From positions 3,596,001-3,660,000 of the forward strand of contig OZ059899.1 of NCBI GenBank assembly GCA_964057225.1: a stretch of DNA of 64,000 bases, read 5' to 3'. This DNA is from Auanema rhodensis (lineage: Eukaryota > Animalia > Nematoda). The notes below the pieces were generated by a model that saw nothing but the letters and a program-made list of their open reading frames with translations, was not told the origin of the DNA and did no database searches. Each line of letters opens with the position of its first letter. Within the stretch, counting starts at the first letter, position 1. A program made the translations under genes and the position numbers. Positions 13,201 to 27,200 of the stretch are shown piece by piece.

Positions 13201-16200
13201 ACATACACTAATGCATCATTTTTCAAACGATCATAACTAATTTTTGTATCAAGTGTTTCTCAATGTAGTATAGTGCATTCGATGCGGATTTTTAAGCTGC
13301 GTCGATCTGTGTTATCAGATTTGCGCTAGCTTAAAAATGCACCGAGATATCAACTGATATAAGTTCACACTTATATCCTCGATTTTCACCCTGAAGAATT
13401 AATTTTTTCGTTGAATAACATTGTCCATCGTCTTTGCCTGGAAAAATGGAATCTAAAAACATCTACTTTTTGCTAAATTATTTTGAAATTTTTCGAAAAA
13501 ATTTTTGTCAAAATGTTTTTGGAAGCAATGTTGAGTGTACATGGAAACTCAACATACACTAATGCATCATTTTTCAAACGATCATAACTAATTTTTGTAT
13601 TAAGCGTTTCTCAATGTAGTATAGTGCATTCGATGCGGATTTTCAAGCTGCGTCGATCTGTGTTATCAGATTTGCGCTAGCTTGAAAATGCACCGAGATA
13701 TCAACTGATATAAGTTCACACTTATATCCTCGATTTTCACCCTGAAGAATTAATTTTTTCGTTGAATAACATTGTCCATCGTCTTTGCCTGGAAAAATGG
13801 AATCTAAAAACATCTACTTTTTGCTAAATTATTTTGAAATTTTTCGAAAAAATTTTTGTCAAAATGTTTTTGGAAGCAATGTTGAGTGTACATGGAAACT
13901 CAACATACACTAATGCATCATTTTTCAAACGATCATAACTAATTTGTGTATTAAGCGTTTCTCAATGTAGTATAGTGCATTCGATGCGGATTTTCAAGCT
14001 GCGTCGATCTGTGTTATCAGATTTGCGCTAGCTTAAAAATGCACCGAGATATCAACTGATATAAGTTCACACATATATACCCGATTTTCACCCTGAAGAA
14101 TTAATTTTTTCGTTGAATAACATTGTCCATCGTCTTTGCCTTGAAAAAAGGAATCTAAAAACATCTACTTTTTGCTAAATTATTTTGAAATTTTTCGAAA
14201 AAATTTTTGTCAAAATGTTTTTGGAAGCAATGTTGAGTGTACATGGAAACTCAACATACACTAATGCATCATTTTTCAAACGATCATAACTAATTTGTGT
14301 ATTAAGCGTTTCTCAATGTAGTATAGTGCATTCGATGCGGATTTTCAAGCTGCGTCGATCTGTGTTATCAGATTTGCGCTAGCTTAAAAATGCACCGAGA
14401 TATCAACTGATATAAGTTCACACATATATACCCGATTTTCACCCTGAAGAATTAATTTTTTCGTTGAATAACATTGTCCATCGTCTTTGCCTTGAAAAAA
14501 GGAATCTAAAAACATCTACTTTTTGCTAAATTATTTTGAAATTTTTCGAAAAAATTTTTGTCAAAATGTTTTTGGAAGCAATGTTGAGTGTACATGGAAA
14601 CTCAACATACACTAATGCATCATTTTTCAAACGATCATAACTAATTTTTGTATTAAGCGTTTCTCAATGTAGTATAGTGCATTCGATGCGGATTTTCAAG
14701 CTGCGTCGATCTGTGTTATCAGATTTGCGCTAGCTTAAAAATGCACCGAGATATCAACTGATATAAGTTCACACATATATACCCGATTTTCACCCTGAAG
14801 AATTAATTTTTTCGTTGAATAACATTGTCCATCGTCTTTGCCTTGAGAAAAGGAATCTAAAAACATCTACTTTTTGCTAAATTATTTTGAAATTTTTCGA
14901 AAAAATTTTTGTCAAAATGTTTTTGGAAGCAATGTTGAGTGTACATGGAAACTCAACATACACTAATGCATCATTTTTCAAACGATCATAACTAATTTTT
15001 GTATCAAGTGTTTCTCAATGTAGTATAGTGCATTCGATGCGGATTTTTAAGCTGCGTCGATCTGTGTTATCAGATTTGCGCTAGCTTAAAAATGCACCGA
15101 GATATCAACTGATATAAGTTCACACTTATATCCTCGATTTTCACCCTGAAGAATTAATTTTTTCGTTGAATAACATTGTCCATCGTCTTTGCCTGGAAAA
15201 ATGGAATCTAAAAACATCTACTTTTTGCTAAATTATTTTGAAATTTTTCGAAAAAATTTTTGTCAAAATGTTTTTGGAAGCAATGTTGAGTGTACATGGA
15301 AACTCAACATACACTAATGCATCATTTTTCAAACGATCATAACTAATTTTTGTATTAAGCGTTTCTCAATGTAGTATAGTGCATTCGATGCGGATTTTCA
15401 AGCTGCGTCGATCTGTGTTATCAGATTTGCGCTAGCTTGAAAATGCACCGAGATATCAACTGATATAAGTTCACACTTATATCCTCGATTTTCACCCTGA
15501 AGAATTAATTTTTTCGTTGAATAACATTGTCCATCGTCTTTGCCTGGAAAAATGGAATCTAAAAACATCTACTTTTTGCTAAATTATTTTGAAATTTTTC
15601 GAAAAAATTTTTGTCAAAATGTTTTTGGAAGCAATGTTGAGTGTACATGGAAACTCAACATACACTAATGCATCATTTTTCAAACGCTCATAACTAATTT
15701 TTGTATTGAGCGTTTCTCAATGTAGTATAGTGCATTCGATGCGGATTTTCAAGCTGCGTCGATCTGTGTTATCAGATTTGCGCTAGCTTAAAAATGCACC
15801 GAGATATCAACTGATATAAGTTCACACATATATACCCGATTTTCACCCTGAAGAATTAATTTTTTCGTTGAATAACATTGTCCATCGTCTTTGCCTTGAA
15901 AAAAGGAATCTAAAAACATCTACTTTTTGCTAAATTATTTTGAAATTTTTCGAAAAAATTTTTGTCAAAATGTTTTTGGAAGCAATGTTGAGTGTACATG
16001 GAAACTCAACATACACTAATGCATCATTTTTCAAACGATCATAACTAATTTGTGTATTAAGCGTTTCTCAATGTAGTATAGTGCATTCGATGCGGATTTT
16101 CAAGCTGCGTCGATCTGTGTTATCAGATTTGCGCTAGCTTAAAAATGCACCGAGATATCAACTGATATAAGTTCACACATATATACCCGATTTTCACCCT

Positions 16201-17550
16201 GAAGAATTAATTTTTTCGTTGAATAACATTGTCCATCGTCTTTGCCTTGAAAAAAGAAATCTAAAAACATCTACTTTTTGCTAAATTATTTTGAAATTTT
16301 TCGAAAAAATTTTTGTCAAAATGTTTTTGGAAGCAATGTTGAGTGTACATGGAAACTCAACATACACTAATGCATCATTTTTCAAACGATCATAACTAAT
16401 TTTTGTATTAAGCGTTTCTCAATGTAGTATAGTGCATTCGATGCGGATTTTCAAGCTGCGTCGATCTGTGTTATCAGATTTGCGCTAGCTTAAAAATGCA
16501 CCGAGATATCAACTGATATAAGTTCACACATATATACCCGATTTTCACCCTGAAGAATTAATTTTTTCGTTGAATAACATTGTCCATCGTCTTTGCCTTG
16601 AAAAAAGGAATCTAAAAACATCTACTTTTTGCTAAATTATTTTGAAATTTTTCGAAAAAATTTTTGTCAAAATGTTTTTGGAAGCAATGTTGAGTGTACA
16701 TGGAAACTCAACATACACTAATGCATCATTTTTCAAACGATCATAACTAATTTTTGTATTAAGCGTTTCTCAATGTAGTATAGTGCATTCGATGCGGATT
16801 TTCAAGCTGCGTCGATCTGTGTTATCAGATTTGCGCTAGCTTAAAAATGCACCGAGATATCAACTGATATAAGTTCACACATATATACCCGATTTTCACC
16901 CTGAAGAATTAATTTTTTCGTTGAATAACATTGTCCATCGTCTTTGCCTTGAGAAAAGGAATCTAAAAACATCTACTTTTTGCTAAATTATTTTGAAATT
17001 TTTCGAAAAAATTTTTGTCAAAATGTTTTTGGAAGCAATGTTGAGTGTACATGGAAACTCAACATACACTAATGCATCATTTTTCAAACGATCATAACTA
17101 ATTTTTGTATCAAGTGTTTCTCAATGTAGTATAGTGCATTCGATGCGGATTTTTAAGCTGCGTCGATCTGTGTTATCAGATTTGCGCTAGCTTAAAAATG
17201 CACCGAGATATCAACTGATATAAGTTCACACTTATATCCTCGATTTTCACCCTGAAGAATTAATTTTTTCGTTGAATAACATTGTCCATCGTCTTTGCCT
17301 GGAAAAATGGAATCTAAAAACATCTACTTTTTGCTAAATTATTTTGAAATTTTTCGAAAAAATTTTTGTCAAAATGTTTTTGGAAGCAATGTTGAGTGTA
17401 CATGGAAACTCAACATACACTAATGCATCATTTTTCAAACGATCATAACTAATTTTTGTATTAAGCGTTTCTCAATGTAGTATAGTGCATTCGATGCGGA
17501 TTTTCAAGCTGCGTCGATCTGTGTTATCAGATTTGCGCTAGCTTAAAAAT
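4213..17550. repeat. Irregular higher-order repeat: marker cassette separated by variable runs of A-type monomers
   Basis: Monomer with TTGAGAAA + ATCAAGTG + TTTTTAAGCT starts at 4213, 8425, 11233, 12988, 14743 and 16849 (spacing 12, 8, 5, 5, 6 monomers). Each is followed by one or two B-type CCTGG monomers. Confidence 0.88.
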
Positions 17551-20500
17551 GCACCGAGATATCAACTGATATAAGTTCACACATATATACCCGATTTTCA
17601 CCCTGAAGAATTAATTTTTTCGTTGAATAACATTGTCCATCGTCTTTGCCTTGAAAAAAGGAATCTAAAAACATCTACTTTTTGCTAAATTATTTTGAAA
17701 TTTTTCGAAAAAATTTTTGTCAAAATGTTTTTGGAAGCAATGTTGAGTGTACATGGAAACTCAACATACACTAATGCATCATTTTTCAAACGATCATAAC
17801 TAATTTTTGTATTAAGCGTTTCTCAATGTAGTATAGTGCATTCGATGCGGATTTTCAAGCTGCGTCGATCTGTGTTATCAGATTTGCGCTAGCTTAAAAA
17901 TGCACCGAGATATCAACTGATATAAGTTCACACATATATACCCGATTTTCACCCTGAAGAATTAATTTTTTCGTTGAATAACATTGTCCATCGTCTTTGC
18001 CTTGAAAAAAGGAATCTAAAAACATCTACTTTTTGCTAAATTATTTTGAAATTTTTCGAAAAAATTTTTGTCAAAATGTTTTTGGAAGCAATGTTGAGTG
18101 TACATGGAAACTCAACATACACTAATGCATCATTTTTCAAACGATCATAACTAATTTTTGTATTAAGCGTTTCTCAATGTAGTATAGTGCATTCGATGCG
18201 GATTTTCAAGCTGCGTCGATCTGTGTTATCAGATTTGCGCTAGCTTAAAAATGCACCGAGATATCAACTGATATAAGTTCACACATATATACCCGATTTT
18301 CACCCTGAAGAATTAATTTTTTCGTTGAATAACATTGTCCATCGTCTTTGCCTTGAAAAAAGGAATCTAAAAACATCTACTTTTTGCTAAATTATTTTGA
18401 AATTTTTCGAAAAAATTTTTGTCAAAATGTTTTTGGAAGCAATGTTGAGTGTACATGGAAACTCAACATACACTAATGCATCATTTTTCAAACGATCATA
18501 ACTAATTTGTGTATTAAGCGTTTCTCAATGTAGTATAGTGCATTCGATGCGGATTTTCAAGCTGCGTCGATCTGTGTTATCAGATTTGCGCTAGCTTAAA
18601 AATGCACCGAGATATCAACTGATATAAGTTCACACATATATACCCGATTTTCACCCTGAAAAATTAATTTTTTCGTTGAATAACATTGTCCATCGTCTTT
18701 GCCTTGAAAAAAGGAATCTAAAAACATCTACTTTTTGCTAAATTATTTTGAAATTTTTCGAAAAAATTTTTGTCAAAATGTTTTTGGAAGCAATGTTGAG
18801 TGTACATGGAAACTCAACATACACTAATGCATCATTTTTCAAACGATCATAACTAATTTTTGTATTAAGCGTTTCTCAATGTAGTATAGTGCATTCGATG
18901 CGGATTTTCAAGCTGCGTCGATCTGTGTTATCAGATTTGCGCTAGCTTAAAAATGCAAAGAGATATCAACTGATATAAGTTCACACATATATACCCGATT
19001 TTCACCCTGAAGAATTAATTTTTTCGTTGAATAACATTGTCCATCGTCTTTGCCTTGAAAAAAGGAATCTAAAAACATCTACTTTTTGCTAAATTATCTT
19101 GAAATTTTTCGAAAAAATTTTTGTCAAAATGTTTTTGGAAGCAATGTTGAGTGTACATGGAAACTCAACATACACTAATGCATCATTTTTCAAACGATCA
19201 TAACTAATTTTTGTATTAAGCGTTTCTCAATGTAGTATAGTGCATTCGATGCGGATTTTCAAGCTGCGTCGATCTGTGTTATCAGATTTGCGCTAGCTTA
19301 AAAATGCACCGAGATATCAACTGATATAAGTTCACACATATATACCCGATTTTCACCCTGAAGAATTAATTTTTTCGTTGAATAACATTGTCCATCGTCT
19401 TTGCCTTGAAAAAAGGAATCTAAAAACATCTACTTTTTGCTAAATTATTTTGAAATTTTTCGAAAAAATTTTTGTCAAAATGTTTTTGGAAGCAATGTTG
19501 AGTGTACATGGAAACTCAACATACACTAATGCATCATTTTTCAAACGATCATAACTAATTTTTGTATTAAGCGTTTCTCAATGTAGTATAGTGCATTCGA
19601 TGCGGATTTTCAAGCTGCGTCGATCTGTGTTATCAGATTTGCGCTAGCTTAAAAATGCACCGAGATATCAACTGATATAAGTTCACACATATATACCCGA
19701 TTTTCACCCTGAAGAATTAATTTTTTCGTTGAATAACATTGTCCATCGTCTTTGCCTTGAAAAAAGGAATCTAAAAACATCTACTTTTTGCTAAATTATT
19801 TTGAAATTTTTCGAAAAAATTTTTGTCAAAATGTTTTTGGAAGCAATGTTGAGTGTACATGGAAACTCAACATACACTAATGCATCATTTTTCAAACGAT
19901 CATAACTAATTTTTGTATTAAGCGTTTCTCAATGTAGTATAGTGCATTCGATGCGGATTTTCAAGCTGCGTCGATCTGTGTTATCAGATTTGCGCTAGCT
20001 TAAAAATGCACCGAGATATCAACTGATATAAGTTCACACATATATACCCGATTTTCACCCTGAAGAATTAATTTTTTCGTTGAATAACATTGTCCATCGT
20101 CTTTGCCTTGAAAAAAGGAATCTAAAAACATCTACTTTTTGCTAAATTATTTTGAAATTTTTCGAAAAAATTTTTGTCAAAATGTTTTTGGAAGCAATGT
20201 TGAGTGTACATGGAAACTCAACATACACTAATGCATCATTTTTCAAACGATCATAACTAATTTGTGTATTAAGCGTTTCTCAATGTAGTATAGTGCATTC
20301 GATGCGGATTTTCAAGCTGCGTCGATCTGTGTTATCAGATTTGCGCTAGCTTAAAAATGCACCGAGATATCAACTGATATAAGTTCACACATATATACCC
20401 GATTTTCACCCTGAAAAATTAATTTTTTCGTTGAATAACATTGTCCATCGTCTTTGCCTTGAAAAAAGGAATCTAAAAACATCTACTTTTTGCTAAATTA

Positions 20501-21060
20501 TTTTGAAATTTTTCGAAAAAATTTTTGTCAAAATGTTTTTGGAAGCAATGTTGAGTGTACATGGAAACTCAACATACACTAATGCATCATTTTTCAAACG
20601 ATCATAACTAATTTTTGTATTAAGCGTTTCTCAATGTAGTATAGTGCATTCGATGCGGATTTTCAAGCTGCGTCGATCTGTGTTATCAGATTTGCGCTAG
20701 CTTAAAAATGCAAAGAGATATCAACTGATATAAGTTCACACATATATACCCGATTTTCACCCTGAAGAATTAATTTTTTCGTTGAATAACATTGTCCATC
20801 GTCTTTGCCTTGAAAAAAGGAATCTAAAAACATCTACTTTTTGCTAAATTATTTTGAAATTTTTCGAAAAAATTTTTGTCAAAATGTTTTTGGAAGCAAT
20901 GTTGAGTGTACATGGAAACTCAACATACACTAATGCATCATTTTTCAAACGATCATAACTAATTTTTGTATTGAGCGTTTCTCAATGTAGTATAGTGCAT
21001 TCGATGCGGATTTTCAAGCTGCGTCGATCTGTGTTATCAGATTTGCGCTAGCTTAAAAAT
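17551..21060. repeat. 5-monomer (1755 bp) tandem duplication
   Basis: CTGAAAAATT at 18661 and 20416; GCAAAGAGAT monomers at 18955 and 20710; TTTGTGT monomer precedes both. Confidence 0.88.
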
Positions 21061-24000
21061 GCACCGAGATATCAACTGATATAAGTTCACACATATATAC
21101 CCGATTTTCACCCTGAAGAATTAATTTTTTCGTTGAATAACCTTGTCCATCGTCTTTGCCTTGAAAAATGGAATCTAAAAGCATCTACTTTTTGCTAAAT
21201 TATCTTGAAATTTTTCGAAAAAATTTTTGTCAAAATGTTTTTGGAAGCAATGTTGAGTACATGGAAACTCAACATACACTAATGCATCATTTTTCAAACG
21301 ATCATAACTAATTTTTGTATTAAGCGTTTCTCAATGTAGTATAGTGCATTCGATGCGGATTTTCAAGCTGCGTCGATCTGTGTTATCAGATTTGCGCTAG
21401 CTTAAAAATGCACCGAGATATCAACTGATATAAGTTCACACTTATATCCTCGATTTTCACCCTGAAGAATTAATTTTTTCGTTGAATAACATTGTCCATC
21501 GTCTTTGCCTGGAAAAATGGAATCTAAAAACATCTACTTTTTGCTAAATTATTTTGAAATTTTTCGAAAAAATTTTTGTCAAAATGTTTTTGGAAGCAAT
21601 GTTGAGTGTACATGGAAACTCAACATACACTAATGCATCATTTTTCAAACGATCATAACTAATTTTTGTATTAAGCGTTTCTCAATGTAGTATAGTGCAT
21701 TCGATGCGGATTTTCAAGCTGCGTCGATCTGTGTTATCAGATTTGCGCTAGCTTAAAAATGCACCGAGATATCAACTGATATAAGTTCACACTTATATAC
21801 CCGATTTTCACCCTGAAGAATTAATTTTTTCGTTGAATAACCTTGTCCATCGTCTTTGCCTTGAAAAATGGAATCTAAAAGCATCTACTTTTTGCTAAAT
21901 TATCTTGAAATTTTTCGAAAAAATTTTTGTCAAAATGTTTTTGGAAGCAATGTTGAGTGTACATGGAAACTCAACATACACTAATGCATCATTTTTCAAA
22001 CGATCATAACTAATTTTTGTATTAAGCGTTTCTCAATGTAGTATAGTGCATTCGATGCGGATTTTCAAGCTGCGTCGATCTGTGTTATCAGATTTGCGCT
22101 AGCTTAAAAATGCACCGAGATATCAACTGATATAAGTTCACACTTATATCCTCGATTTTCACCCTGAAGAATTAATTTTTTCGTTGAATAACATTGTCCA
22201 TCGTCTTTGCCTGGAAAAATGGAATCTAAAAACATCTACTTTTTGCTAAATTATTTTGAAATTTTTCGAAAAAATTTTTGTCAAAATGTTTTTGGAAGCA
22301 ATGTTGAGTGTACATGGAAACTCAACATACACTAATGCATCATTTTTCAAACGATCATAACTAATTTTTGTATTAAGCGTTTCTCAATGTAGTATAGTGC
22401 ATTCGATGCGGATTTTCAAGCTGCGTCGATCTGTGTTATCAGATTTGCGCTAGCTTAAAAATGCAAAGAGATATCAACTGATATAAGTTCACACATATAT
22501 ACCCGATTTTCACCCTGAAGAATTAATTTTTTCGTTGAATAACATTGTCCATCGTCTTTGCCTTGAAAAAAGGAATCTAAAAACATCTACTTTTTGCTAA
22601 ATTATTTTGAAATTTTTCGAAAAAATTTTTGTCAAAATGTTTTTGGAAGCAATGTTGAGTGTACATGGAAACTCAACATACACTAATGCATCATTTTTCA
22701 AACGATCATAACTAATTTTTGTATTGAGCGTTTCTCAATGTAGTATAGTGCATTCGATGCGGATTTTCAAGCTGCGTCGATCTGTGTTATCAGATTTGCG
22801 CTAGCTTAAAAATGCACCGAGATATCAACTGATATAAGTTCACACATATATACCCGATTTTCACCCTGAAGAATTAATTTTTTCGTTGAATAACCTTGTC
22901 CATCGTCTTTGCCTTGAAAAATGGAATCTAAAAGCATCTACTTTTTGCTAAATTATCTTGAAATTTTTCGAAAAAATTTTTGTCAAAATGTTTTTGGAAG
23001 CAATGTTGAGTACATGGAAACTCAACATACACTAATGCATCATTTTTCAAACGATCATAACTAATTTTTGTATTAAGCGTTTCTCAATGTAGTATAGTGC
23101 ATTCGATGCGGATTTTCAAGCTGCGTCGATCTGTGTTATCAGATTTGCGCTAGCTTAAAAATGCACCGAGATATCAACTGATATAAGTTCACACTTATAT
23201 CCTCGATTTTCACCCTGAAGAATTAATTTTTTCGTTGAATAACATTGTCCATCGTCTTTGCCTGGAAAAATGGAATCTAAAAACATCTACTTTTTGCTAA
23301 ATTATTTTGAAATTTTTCGAAAAAATTTTTGTCAAAATGTTTTTGGAAGCAATGTTGAGTGTACATGGAAACTCAACATACACTAATGCATCATTTTTCA
23401 AACGATCATAACTAATTTTTGTATTAAGCGTTTCTCAATGTAGTATAGTGCATTCGATGCGGATTTTCAAGCTGCGTCGATCTGTGTTATCAGATTTGCG
23501 CTAGCTTAAAAATGCACCGAGATATCAACTGATATAAGTTCACACTTATATACCCGATTTTCACCCTGAAGAATTAATTTTTTCGTTGAATAACCTTGTC
23601 CATCGTCTTTGCCTTGAAAAATGGAATCTAAAAGCATCTACTTTTTGCTAAATTATCTTGAAATTTTTCGAAAAAATTTTTGTCAAAATGTTTTTGGAAG
23701 CAATGTTGAGTGTACATGGAAACTCAACATACACTAATGCATCATTTTTCAAACGATCATAACTAATTTTTGTATTAAGCGTTTCTCAATGTAGTATAGT
23801 GCATTCGATGCGGATTTTCAAGCTGCGTCGATCTGTGTTATCAGATTTGCGCTAGCTTAAAAATGCACCGAGATATCAACTGATATAAGTTCACACTTAT
23901 ATCCTCGATTTTCACCCTGAAGAATTAATTTTTTCGTTGAATAACATTGTCCATCGTCTTTGCCTGGAAAAATGGAATCTAAAAACATCTACTTTTTGCT

Positions 24001-24215
24001 AAATTATTTTGAAATTTTTCGAAAAAATTTTTGTCAAAATGTTTTTGGAAGCAATGTTGAGTGTACATGGAAACTCAACATACACTAATGCATCATTTTT
24101 CAAACGATCATAACTAATTTTTGTATCAAGTGTTTCTCAATGTAGTATAGTGCATTCGATGCGGATTTTTAAGCTGCGTCGATCTGTGTTATCAGATTTG
24201 CGCTAGCTTAAAAAT
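20710..24215. repeat. 5-monomer (1753 bp) tandem duplication carrying a 2-bp deletion monomer
   Basis: GCAAAGAG monomers at 20710 and 22463; GAGTAC deletion at 21258 and 23011; hybrid CTTATATACCCG monomers at 21761 and 23514. Confidence 0.9.
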
Positions 24216-27200
24216 GCACCGAGATATCAACTGATATAAGTTCACACTTATATCCTCGATTTTCACCCTGAAGAATTAATTTTTTCGTTGAATAACATTG
24301 TCCATCGTCTTTGCCTGGAAAAATGGAATCTGAAAACATCTACTTTTTGCTAAATTATTTCGAAATTTTTCGAAAAAATTTTTGTCAAAATGTTTTTGGA
24401 AGCAATGTTGAGTGTACATGGAAACTCAACATACACTAATGCATCATTTTTCAAACGATCATAACTAATTTTTGTATTAAGCGTTTCTCAATGTAGTATA
24501 GTGCATTTGATGCGGATTTTCAAGCTGCGTCGATCTGTGTTATCAGATTTGCGCTAGCTTAAAAATGCACCGAGATATCAACTGATATAAGTTCACACTT
24601 ATATCCTCGATTTTCACCCTGAAGAATTAATTTTTTCGTTGAATAACATTGTCCATCGTCTTTGCCTGGAAAAATTGAATCTAAAAACATCTACTTTTTG
24701 CTAAATTATTTTGAAATTTTTCGAAAAAATTTTTGTCAAAATGTTTTTGGAAGCAATGTTGAGTGTACATGGAAACTCAACATACACTAATGCATCATTT
24801 TTCAAACGCTCATAACTAATTTTTGTATTGAGCGTTTCTCAATGTAGTATAGTGCATTCGATGCGGATTTTCAAGCTGCGTCGATCTGTGTTATCAGATT
24901 TGCGCTAGCTTAAAAATGCACCGAGATATCAACTGATATAAGTTCACACATATATACCCGATTTTCACCCTGAAGAATTAATTTTTTCGTTGAATAACAT
25001 TGTCCATCGTCTTTGCCTTGAAAAAAGGAATCTAAAAACATCTACTTTTTGCTAAATTATTTTGAAATTTTTCGAAAAAATTTTTGTCAAAATGTTTTTG
25101 GAAGCAATGTTGAGTGTACATGGAAACTCAACATACACTAATGCATCATTTTTCAAACGATCATAACTAATTTGTGTATTAAGCGTTTCTCAATGTAGTA
25201 TAGTGCATTCGATGCGGATTTTCAAGCTGCGTCGATCTGTGTTATCAGATTTGCGCTAGCTTAAAAATGCACCGAGATATCAACTGATATAAGTTCACAC
25301 ATATATACCCGATTTTCACCCTGAAGAATTAATTTTTTCGTTGAATAACATTGTCCATCGTCTTTGCCTTGAAAAAAGGAATCTAAAAACATCTACTTTT
25401 TGCTAAATTATTCTGAAATTTTTCGAAAAAATTTTTGTCAAAATGTTTTTGGAAGCAATGTTGAGTGTACATGGAAACTCAACATACACTAATGCATCAT
25501 TTTTCAAACGATCATAACTAATTTTTGTATTAAGCGTTTCTCAATGTAGTATAGTGCATTCGATGCGGATTTTCAAGCTGCGTCGATCTGTGTTATCAGA
25601 TTTGCGCTAGCTTAAAAATGCACCGAGATATCAACTGATATAAGTTCACACTTATATCCTCGATTTTCACCCTGAAGAATTATTTTTTTCGTTAAATAAC
25701 ATTGTCCATCGTCTTTGCCTTGAAAAATGGAATCTTAAAACATCTACTTTTTGCTAAATTATTTTGAAATTTTTCGAAAAAATTTTTGTCAAAATGTTTT
25801 TGGAAGCAATGTTGAGTGTACATGGAAACTCAACATACACTAATGCATCATTTTTCAAACGATCATAACTAATTTTTGTATCAAGTGTTTCTCAATGTAG
25901 TATAGTGCATTCGATGCGGATTTTTAAGCTGCGTCGATCTGTGTTATCAGATTTGCGCTAGCTTAAAAATGCACCGAGATATCAACTGATATAAGTTCAC
26001 ACATATATACCCGATTTTCACCCTGAAGAATTAATTTTTTCGTTGAATAACATTGTCCATCGTCTTTGCCTTGAAAAAAGGAATCTAAAAACATCTACTT
26101 TTTGCTAAATTATTCTGAAATTTTTCGAAAAAATTTTTGTCAAAATGTTTTTGGAAGCAATGTTGAGTGTACATGGAAACTCAACATACACTAATGCATC
26201 ATTTTTCAAACGATCATAACTAATTTTTGTATTAAGCGTTTCTCAATGTAGTATAGTGCATTCGATGCGGATTTTCAAGCTGCGTCGATCTGTGTTATCA
26301 GATTTGCGCTAGCTTAAAAATGCACCGAGATATCAACTGATATAAGTTCACACTTATATCCTCGATTTTCACCCTGAAGAATTATTTTTTTCGTTAAATA
26401 ACATTGTCCATCGTCTTTGCCTTGAAAAATGGAATCTTAAAACATCTACTTTTTGCTAAATTATTTTGAAATTTTTCGAAAAAATTTTTGTCAAAATGTT
26501 TTTGGAAGCAATGTTGAGTGTACATGGAAACTCAACATACACTAATGCATCATTTTTCAAACGATCATAACTAATTTTTGTATCAAGTGTTTCTCAATGT
26601 AGTATAGTGCATTCGATGCGGATTTTTAAGCTGCGTCGATCTGTGTTATCAGATTTGCGCTAGCTTAAAAATGCACCGAGATATCAACTGATATAAGTTC
26701 ACACTTATATCCTCGATTTTCACCCTGAAGAATTAATTTTTTCGTTGAAAAACATTGTCCATCGTCTTTGCCTTGAAAAATGGAATCTTAAAACATCTAC
26801 TTTTTGCTAAATTATTCTGAAATTTTTCGAAAAAATTTTTGTCAAAATGTTTTTGGAAGCAATGTTGAGTGTACATGGAAACTCAACATACACTAATGCA
26901 TCATTTTTCAAACGATCATAACTAATTTTTGTATCAAGTGTTTCTCAATGTAGTATAGTGCATTCGATGCGGATTTTTAAGCTGCGTCGATCTGTGTTAT
27001 CAGATTTGCGCTAGCTTAAAAATGCACCGAGATATCAACTGATATAAGTTCACACATATATACCCGATTTTCACCCTGAAGAATTAATTTTTTCGTTGAA
27101 TAACATTGTCCATCGTCTTTGCCTTGAAAAATGGAATCTAAAAACATCTACTTTTTGCTAAATTATTTTGAAATTTTTCGAAAAAATTTTTGTCAAAATG

